Source: Oligoflexus sp.
GTDB taxonomy: Bacteria; Bdellovibrionota_B; Oligoflexia; Oligoflexales; Oligoflexaceae
Assembly: GCA_041736305.1 (NCBI GenBank)
Contig: JBGSTX010000254.1
Span: 1-14,971, forward strand
Length of the DNA: 14,971 nt
Direction: 5' to 3'
Notes under the pieces: generated by a model
Seen by the model: only the letters and a program-made list of their open reading frames with translations
Database searches by the model: none
What the model was told of the DNA's origin: nothing
Translations under genes and position numbers: made by a program
Shown: piece after piece, positions 8,259 to 14,971 of the stretch
Layout: each line of letters starts with the position of its first letter
How positions within the stretch are numbered: the first letter of the stretch is position 1

Positions 8259-10058
8259 GTTTCGAACAACATCCACCTCACATGTCCGCTAGTGAAAGAG
8301 CTGAAGAGCTATCGGCGAGCTGCTTTCTCAATGCCTATCTGCGAGAAAAGACCAATCATCGGGCGAGAACTTTGCCGGATGAGATAGCTAAGCTGAGCGA
8401 CTGTCGAGAGGGGCTTCGCATCTGCGGGGTCTTGAACGAGCGAGCGGCGGATCTGTGGATACCCATGCGGAAGGTTTCTCTCATCGGTCGGCACGTTTAT
8501 GCCTGGCCCTTTTACTTTGCAGAAGAGAAGGGACTCACTCGGGCCTCATTTGCCGCCTGTGTGGCATTTATAAGCCGCGATATGGCCTTAGAAATGAATC
8601 CTCCTGCTGGTGCTGAAGAAACATTTCTCGCAAGGGTACAAGAAAGCTGCGATACGATTCGCGAAGTCTTAGATCGACGCGCAGACGCGATTTGGGCGAT
8701 TCCTGAAGCCTTGGACGAATTCAGTCAAGCTGAGCAGGGGCTAATTGTAGGACACTCTTTCCACCCGACACCACGCAGTCGCGGTGGATGGCAGGCTGGG
8801 GAACGTGAGCTGTACTGCCCCCGAGATGGGCGGTGAATTTGCGCTCACTTACTTCGTGGTGGATCCTGATCTCTATTTTGAAAGGGAATCAGCCGCCTGG
8901 ACTGCGGACCCTTGCTTTGCTGCTATCACCGCCGTCGATCGAGAGCTCTCGGCGAAAATGGAAGCCTGGCCAACCTATCGCCTACTCCCGATGCATCCGT
9001 GGCAAGCCGTCCACCTGCAAAGTCTTGATTCCGTAAAAGCCGCAATGAGCGAGGGGAAGATTATCAATCTGGGGACTTTCGGTCCGCTGTGGAAGCCAAC
9101 AAGCTCACTTCGCTCGCTCTACTGTCAAGACCTGCCCTACATGCTCAAGTTTTCTCTATCGATCAGGATTACCAACTCGATTCGTAATCTGCTCGAGCAT
9201 GAGGTCGTGCGTGGCCTCCAGGTGCACGAGGTTTTTAGTACTCAAGATGGCCAGAAGCTCCTGCAGCGCTACCCCTATTTTAAGGTTCTTTTTGAACCAG
9301 CCTTTGCTGCCCTGCGAGATGCGGAGGGACAGTTGATTAAGGAATCGATCGTAGTCTGTCGCGAAAATCCCTTTGTAGGGACCAACACCGCCCTGGTCCT
9401 AGCTACTCTTACGGAAGAAGATGCCTATGGACGAGGTACCTTCATAGCTCGTCAGGTCTCGAAGCGCGCCGAGCAGATCGGCCACTCTCCTGCCCAGGTG
9501 GCTCGGCAGTGGTTTAGTCGCTACTGCGAACGCGTCCTCGAACCCTTGCTCATGGCCCAAGCCGATTATGGGATACTCTTCGGAGCGCACCAGCAGAATA
9601 TTCTGATAGGATTTAAAGAAGATTTGCCAGACAGTCTCTACTTTCGCGACTGTCAGGGTACTGGCTACACGGATCTAGGCTATAAGATATTCAGCTCCGA
9701 GGTGAAGTCCCTCGCTCGCGACAATGGCAATATCCTCAGCTCGGCTAAGGGTAACGCCCTCATCATTTATTATCTCATCATCAATGCGAGCTTCAACGTC
9801 ATCCACGCCCTCTCTGCAGGAGGGGCGATAGGCGAGGACGAGCTGCTGGGAGATTTACGAGATTTCATCATCGCGCTGAGGGCGAAGGGCGTGCGAGATA
9901 GCTCCTGTCTCGATACTCTGCTCGACGAAGAATCTCTCCTGCACAAGGGGAACTTTGCCTGTTCACTCAGCGGTCTCAATGAAAATATGACAAGTGACCC
10001 ACTCGCTATTTACACGAAAATTCCCAATCCCCTGTATCGCGGAGGAAGCCTGGCATGA
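8255..10058 (+). pseudogene. iucA: IucA-type NRPS-independent siderophore synthetase, interrupted by a +1 frameshift (pseudogene or sequence error)
   Basis: ORF 8255-8836 carries CFLNAYLRE, SLIGRH and AEQGLIVGHSFHPTPRSR. ORF 8784-10058 carries PE..GEF, LPMHPWQA, PTSSLRSLY, MLKFSLSIRITNSIR, AHQQN and FRDCQG. Deleting one C from CCCCC (8818-8822) gives a continuous 600-aa protein reading ..ELYCPEMGGEF.. Confidence 0.9.
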
Positions 10059-11020
10059 GTTCGGAACTATGCTTTACTGATCTTTCTGGCAAATCATTTC
10101 GGATCTCCTTCGACTCCTCGCGGCTGAAGGGGCAGCTCGTACTAGACGGAGACTCGCGCTGGGACTTCACTTTGCTCTGGAACTTACCCACAGTGCAGGT
10201 CAAGCCTGAAGCTTCTTTGGTTTCTGATGAGGCGCAGCTGGCGAACCTGCGTTTCATCGAAGCCGTCTTTGCCTATGAATCCTCTGTGACGCGAGTCGAA
10301 GTCGAAGGACCCCTGGCTATGAGCTGGGAGAGAAGCGCTTTCTACCTAGAAAACCCTGCACTTTGGGTCCGGCAAGCGCCGTCCGCAGGCATTTCGGATA
10401 CTTGGACCGAGACGCAAGGTCGAACCCATCCTCTGCGCCCTTTCGTTCAAGCGGGGCAGCTCTATCGTCGCTGGATACCTCAGCTGGGAAAAACCTTGAG
10501 CTTTGAACTCCTCGATATGGAAAAGCATCTGGACACCTTTCATGATTGGCAGAATCAAGCGCGCGTAGCCAAGTTCTGGGAAATCGACAAGCCCTTAAGC
10601 GAGCTGAGAGCTTATGTTGAGAAAGTGCATGCCGACCCCCACCACATCCCCGTTATCGGTGCTATTGATGATGTAGCGGTTGGCTACTTTGAAGTGTATT
10701 GGACAGCAGAAGATCGACTGGGTCCCTACTACGACGCGGGGCCTTACGATAGAGGCTTCCATATGTTGATCGGCAATACGGACTTTCTGGGCGGACCCTA
10801 CACCATGGAATTTCTGCGAGCCCTCGGCCACTGGCTCTTCCTCGATGAGCCCCGTACGGAAAGGATCATGGCCGAACCGCGCTCGGATAATAAGAAGATG
10901 CTTCGCTATGTCGACGCCTATCCTGTCTGGAAGAATCTGCGCGAGTTTGATTTTCCACATAAGCGGGCTTGTCTCTTAGAGTTTGCGAAGGATCGCTTCC
11001 TCAAAGGAGGCGGTCTCTGA
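10055..11020 (+). CDS. iucB: N6-hydroxylysine N-acyltransferase (IucB/AlcB-type GNAT)
   Basis: HPLRP, GYFEVYWTAEDRLG, DRGFHMLIG, LFLDEPRT, EPRSDN and EFDFPHKRA motifs. 321 aa; RBS GGAGGA; ATGA overlap with the iucA stop. Confidence 0.92.
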   Translation: MSSELCFTDLSGKSFRISFDSSRLKGQLVLDGDSRWDFTLLWNLPTVQVKPEASLVSDEAQLANLRFIEAVFAYESSVTRVEVEGPLAMSWERSAFYLENPALWVRQAPSAGISDTWTETQGRTHPLRPFVQAGQLYRRWIPQLGKTLSFELLDMEKHLDTFHDWQNQARVAKFWEIDKPLSELRAYVEKVHADPHHIPVIGAIDDVAVGYFEVYWTAEDRLGPYYDAGPYDRGFHMLIGNTDFLGGPYTMEFLRALGHWLFLDEPRTERIMAEPRSDNKKMLRYVDAYPVWKNLREFDFPHKRACLLEFAKDRFLKGGGL

Positions 11021-12840
11021 TGCTGAGCCAATTCTCTGGAAAAGATTGGGCTAGAGTTAATCAAAAGCTGATCGCTAAATCGATCGGTGAGATGAGTTAC
11101 GAGGAGATTTTACGTCCTACGCCGCTTATCCAGACTCCAGCTCATGAAGAGACTGGCTACGAGCTGCGTTTGCAGAGTGGAGTTCGGTATACTTTCAGAG
11201 CTTGGCTGAGCCTGTGGGATTATCTTAGAGTCGATCCTATGTCCGTAGTGAGAGAGGGCCCTGGAGGGCAGATTGAAAATGCGGAGGATGCAGCCCTCTT
11301 CTTCTCTGATACGCGGCACGAGCACGGCATGACGGAAATCGTTCTGGCCAATTTCCTAGAAGAAATGCATCGGACTCTCTATGCCGATCTCTTCGTGCTA
11401 GAGAGGCAGAAGGCCAGTTCAGTCGAAGAATTTAGACAGATGCCTAGCGATAAGCTGCAAAGCTATCTCGATGGTCACCCGAAGATTCTCCTCAATAAGG
11501 GGCGGATGAGCTGGGGGGCAGAGGATCATCAACGCTTTGCACCTGAGTCAGCTGAAGCATTCAGGCTCTTTTGGATCGCGGCCGACAGAGATTGTCTCGC
11601 AGAAGGCTGGGATCCTGCTTGGAACGAAGAGAGCCTGCTCGTCGCGACTATGGGGCAGGTAGAGGCAGAACGCCTTTGCGCAGCACGCCGGGCGGCAGGA
11701 CTGGATCGGGAGCAGACGCGCCTGCTGCCGCTGCATCCTTGGCAGTGGGAAAACATTATCCAACTGCACTTCGTCGGCGAGATAGTAAAGAAAAAGATCG
11801 TTGGCCTGGGCTATTTTGGCGATCGCTACATCGCTCAGACTTCGCTCCGCACGCTCAGTAACCTCGATCATCCCGAGCGCTTTCAAATCAAACTGGCGCT
11901 CTCGATCCTCAATACCTCCTGTGTCCGTGGCATTGCCAGGAAAGCTATTCCCATTGCCCCTGGGCTTTCGCGCTGGATAGCCGATATTTTAGCCCGAGAC
12001 GAGGTTTTTCTCGAGTCGGGTACCCAGGTCCTCAAAGAAGCTTGTGGGCTTTCTTACACTCATGCGGCTTATGCACGGGTTGAAGACGCGCCTTACCGTT
12101 TTCATGAGTACCTAGGCGCTATTTGGCGTGAGAGCAGCGAGAGTAAGCATGATGGTGGCGAAAGGTCTTTGCTGACCGCTGCTCTCTTTCAAAGAGATGC
12201 AGCCGGTGAAGTACTCATCTCTTGCCTCATTCGCCATTCGGGGCTCAGCGCAGAGGAATGGCTCAGGCGGTATTTTGAAATCGTAGTGGTTCCGCTCTAT
12301 CATTTGCAATGCCGTTATGGGGTCGGTATCGTCGCTCACGGGCAGAATACGGTTCTGCTACTGCGAGATGATCAGCCCGCGGGATTGATTCTGAAAGATC
12401 TACAGGGTGACTTCAGAATTCTGCAGGAGGATATAGCTGAACTGGAGAGTCTCGCTCCTTTCATCAAAGATAGTCTGACGCGTCTTCCGCCACACTATCT
12501 TATCCACGACTTGCTCACGGCTCACTTTGTGACAGTTCTGCGTTTTCTCTCGGCGGAACTTTGGGAAGCGATGCGATTTTCTGAACTCTCGTTCTACAAG
12601 ATACTGGCCGAAGTTATCATCGCCTATCAGGTTCGCCACCCTGAGTTGGAAGAACGCTTTCAGTCTGCTGATCTTCTCAGCCCCAAAATTGCTCGGATTC
12701 TCCTCAACAAGGTACGGATGCGCATAGGCTATGCCGATAGCGCTGAGAGACCTTTGCCGGAGCTAGGGACTGAGCTCAACAATCCGCTTTTTATCGCTCT
12801 TATGCAGGAAGGTCAGGACGATGCAGGAAAGCACATATAA
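11020..12840 (+). CDS. iucC: IucC-type NRPS-independent siderophore synthetase
   Basis: W.RVNQKLIAKSIGEMSYE, GHPKILLNKGRMSW, LPLHPWQW, QTSLRTLSN, IKLALSILNTSCVRGI, AHGQN, LKDLQGD and IHDLLTAHFVTVLRF. I moved the start from 10969 to ATG 11020 (TGATG overlap with the iucB stop; RBS AAGGAGG at 11004-11010), giving 606 aa. Confidence 0.93.
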   Translation: MLSQFSGKDWARVNQKLIAKSIGEMSYEEILRPTPLIQTPAHEETGYELRLQSGVRYTFRAWLSLWDYLRVDPMSVVREGPGGQIENAEDAALFFSDTRHEHGMTEIVLANFLEEMHRTLYADLFVLERQKASSVEEFRQMPSDKLQSYLDGHPKILLNKGRMSWGAEDHQRFAPESAEAFRLFWIAADRDCLAEGWDPAWNEESLLVATMGQVEAERLCAARRAAGLDREQTRLLPLHPWQWENIIQLHFVGEIVKKKIVGLGYFGDRYIAQTSLRTLSNLDHPERFQIKLALSILNTSCVRGIARKAIPIAPGLSRWIADILARDEVFLESGTQVLKEACGLSYTHAAYARVEDAPYRFHEYLGAIWRESSESKHDGGERSLLTAALFQRDAAGEVLISCLIRHSGLSAEEWLRRYFEIVVVPLYHLQCRYGVGIVAHGQNTVLLLRDDQPAGLILKDLQGDFRILQEDIAELESLAPFIKDSLTRLPPHYLIHDLLTAHFVTVLRFLSAELWEAMRFSELSFYKILAEVIIAYQVRHPELEERFQSADLLSPKIARILLNKVRMRIGYADSAERPLPELGTELNNPLFIALMQEGQDDAGKHI

Positions 12841-14089
12841 ACTAGCCGGGCTCGGTATTGGACCCTTCAATCTCAGTCTCGCTGCCCTTGCCGATAGCAT
12901 TCCGGGCCTAGAGAGCGCATTTTTTGAGCAGAATCCTCTTTTCAACTGGCATCGCGAACTGATGCTTCCCGATGCCGACATGCAGACCTGCTATTTGAAA
13001 GATCTGGTGACGCCGGCTGACCCGACCAACAAGCATAGCTTTCTCAACTACCTCGTTGCCAAGGGCACCTTTTATGCCTTTCTCAATACTGATCGACGCA
13101 TCGTTAGTCGTCTCGAATTTGAAGACTACTGTCGCTGGGTTAGCCAGCGGCTGAAGAACGTTCATTTTCAGCAGACCGTGCGTGAACTAACTTACAATGG
13201 CAAGGAATTTGTTCTTTCTTTGGACCACAGCCGCATCTATGCAGAGAATATCTGCCTCGGTACTGGACTAGTCCCCTATGTGCCGGATTGGGCGCAAAGT
13301 TCGATAGGAGAAAGATGTTTCCATCCTAAATCACGCTGGCTAGAAAAGCTCGAGGCCCAAGGCAAGCGGGTGCTCATCGTCGGCGGGGGACAGACGGGAG
13401 CTGAGATTTTTCTCAATCTGCTCCGCGGTCGTTGGGGAAAGACCCAATCCGTGCAATGGCTCTCCCGTCGGCTCAATCTCCAGGCCCTGGATGATTCGGC
13501 TTTTACCAACGAGTATTTCTCGCCGTCTTACGTCAGGGAGTTCTTTCATCTGACGCCTGCGAAAAAAGATAGCATCGTCGCTGAGCAAAAGCTGGCGAGC
13601 GATGGAATTACGCCAGCTTATTTGCAGGAGATTTACCGCGAACTCTATAAAGAGCGCGTGGTCGGCAGTTGTCGCAACAGCTTCGAATTCTTGCCAGGTC
13701 GCGACTGCTTTGAAATTCAGAGCGGAGATGGGCACCTGGCTCTAAGGGCGAAAAATGTCTTTCGCGAAACTGTAGAGCTATATGAGGCCGATGTAGTCAT
13801 ACTCTGCACGGGCTTCAAGAGTCGGCTTCCTGCTTGCGTTGAGCCTATCCTGCCCCTTATTGAGGTCGACAGTGCAGGACGACCTCAGATGGACCAAAAC
13901 TTTCGAATGAAGTGGCAGGGCGGAGAAAAGAACCGCCTCTATGCCGTGAACTTTAGCCGGCATGGTCATGGAATCGCCGAGCCCCAGACCAGTCTCATGG
14001 CCTGGCGCTCAGCGACTATACTTAATGATTTGCTGGCAAGAGAGGAGTTTCCTATTCAGGAGCCAGGGCTGAGTTTTCTGCGTCTATAG
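12821..14089 (+). CDS. iucD: L-lysine N6-monooxygenase (NADPH, FAD)
   Basis: FAD motif GLGIGPFNLSLAAL, FNWH..MQTCYLKDLVT, NADPH motif IVGGGQTGAE, DVVILCTGF and HGIAEPQTSLMAWRSATILN, all IucD-like. 422 aa; overlaps the iucC end by 20 nt. Confidence 0.93.
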   Translation: MQESTYKLAGLGIGPFNLSLAALADSIPGLESAFFEQNPLFNWHRELMLPDADMQTCYLKDLVTPADPTNKHSFLNYLVAKGTFYAFLNTDRRIVSRLEFEDYCRWVSQRLKNVHFQQTVRELTYNGKEFVLSLDHSRIYAENICLGTGLVPYVPDWAQSSIGERCFHPKSRWLEKLEAQGKRVLIVGGGQTGAEIFLNLLRGRWGKTQSVQWLSRRLNLQALDDSAFTNEYFSPSYVREFFHLTPAKKDSIVAEQKLASDGITPAYLQEIYRELYKERVVGSCRNSFEFLPGRDCFEIQSGDGHLALRAKNVFRETVELYEADVVILCTGFKSRLPACVEPILPLIEVDSAGRPQMDQNFRMKWQGGEKNRLYAVNFSRHGHGIAEPQTSLMAWRSATILNDLLAREEFPIQEPGLSFLRL

Positions 14090-14258
14090 CGCTTTGTTCA
14101 TAATTTGACTGTCGGGTAATTTACCGGCTGACTAAGTCCGCGGGTCATCATCCGTTCGAATTCTTATAGATGCTATTGTAATACCCACGCTGATAGGCTC
14201 CGAAGGGAATTCCATCCCAATTAGAGTAGAAGCCGGAGCAGACTGAGATTAAGAATCT

Positions 14259-14971
14259 CTATCTCACAAGAAGAAGCGGCACCTTGGTTTTTTGGAGCAT
14301 CTTTGTGGTGCTACTTCCCACAAAAAATCTTCGAAAAGCCGAATGGCTATAAGCTCCCATCAGTATAAGTCCAATTGAATTTTCTGAAGCATAATCGTTA
14401 ACGGCAGAATCGAAGTCACCTTGCTTTTGGCAGCTTTTTACGCTAAAGCCAGCCAGCTCAAGACGAGATTTATCATGGTCCAGTCCTATAGGCTTGGAGT
14501 CGCTGACCCACAGCAAATGAACGGGAAGAGTCTTGAATAGCGGAACGTGCGATAAAACAAATTCTATGCAGTGACGCGATCCATCACCTCCGTCGTATGC
14601 GATCGCCACTTCTTTTGGATTTTCAAATACTGGCAGCGAAACGAGAACAGGACAGTGAGTAGCGCGAATGGCGCTTTCAAGCTGAGATCCCAGTTGAAAG
14701 CCAGGATGATCCGACGATTCTCCCTTCCTACCCATCACTAAAACTTCAATACGAGGCTCCAGATCGATGAGAGTTTCGACCAGATTCCCGTGCTTTTGCA
14801 GCACATTAATTTCCTGCTGGCTTTTAAGACCTACGTTTTTCGCTGCTTCAGCAAGAAGGAGCTTACCATGTTCGAGAGCCAGCCTGCTCCGCTCTGCATC
14901 CAGTTCGGTCATTTGCTTCAATAGGGCTTCTTGAGATCCTAAGCCGATTGCACCCGAAAGGTCCTGCTCAT
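14259..14971 (-). CDS. Universal stress protein (tandem USP type), 5' end outside the window
   Basis: The frame stays open upstream of the track's TTG 14921 (EQDLSGAIGLGSQEALLKQM..) to the window edge. USP motifs VLVMGRKGE, GSQLESAIRATHCPVLV, IAYDG and LILMGAYSHS..FFVGSSTTKML..PLLLVR. Confidence 0.9.
   Translation of the reverse strand, partial: EQDLSGAIGLGSQEALLKQMTELDAERSRLALEHGKLLLAEAAKNVGLKSQQEINVLQKHGNLVETLIDLEPRIEVLVMGRKGESSDHPGFQLGSQLESAIRATHCPVLVSLPVFENPKEVAIAYDGGDGSRHCIEFVLSHVPLFKTLPVHLLWVSDSKPIGLDHDKSRLELAGFSVKSCQKQGDFDSAVNDYASENSIGLILMGAYSHSAFRRFFVGSSTTKMLQKTKVPLLLVR

Noticed and set aside
8784..10058. Treating 8255-8836 and 8784-10058 as two independent genes
   Set aside because: The conserved IucA motif series runs straight across the junction, and a single-base deletion joins them.
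10969..11019. Longer iucC start at 10969
   Set aside because: It overlaps iucB by 52 nt, whereas ATG 11020 has a strong AAGGAGG RBS and a TGATG coupling.
3158..14201. TAGGCTCC present on both sides of the siderophore operon (3158-3165 and 14194-14201) as a target-site duplication
   Set aside because: It is only 8 bp, the left copy is the lpxK RBS, and no integrase, transposase or tRNA is present.
14090..14258. Rho-independent terminator or structured RNA between iucD and the USP gene (short stems GCTCCG/CGGAGC, GGGA/TCCC, GAGATT/AATCTC, GGTAA/TTACC)
   Set aside because: The stems are short or loosely spaced and lack a U-tract, so they are not distinguishable from chance.
1..14971. CRISPR arrays, tRNA/rRNA, IS elements, defence or phage genes
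   Set aside because: I saw no regularly spaced repeats or RNA gene signatures. Nearly all of the sequence is explained by the listed CDSs, and the intergenic gaps are short.

Overview
Gram-negative bacterial chromosomal segment (lpxK present; about 54% GC in a hand-counted sample of iucD). Left, on the minus strand: lpxK, then an OmpR/PhoB-family response regulator coupled to a PhoR-like sensor kinase. The kinase runs off the left edge and is absent from the supplied ORF track. A divergent intergenic region carries a strong Fur box (16/19 to the E. coli consensus). It precedes a tightly packed ~10.7 kb plus-strand operon for an aerobactin-type NRPS-independent siderophore: PepSY-TM membrane protein, IutA-like TonB-dependent receptor, MFS transporter, iucA, iucB, iucC, iucD. 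iucA is split by one extra C in a C5 run at 8818-8822. A convergent, lower-GC universal stress protein gene runs off the right edge. I found no RNA genes, CRISPR arrays or mobile elements. The parts belong to known families and I cannot claim a wholly new system. The most notable points are the iucA frameshift, a PepSY reductase-like protein with an extra two-helix module and no ABC importer in the operon, a PhoR-like kinase without a PAS domain, and divergent IucB/IutA features that leave the siderophore's structure open.
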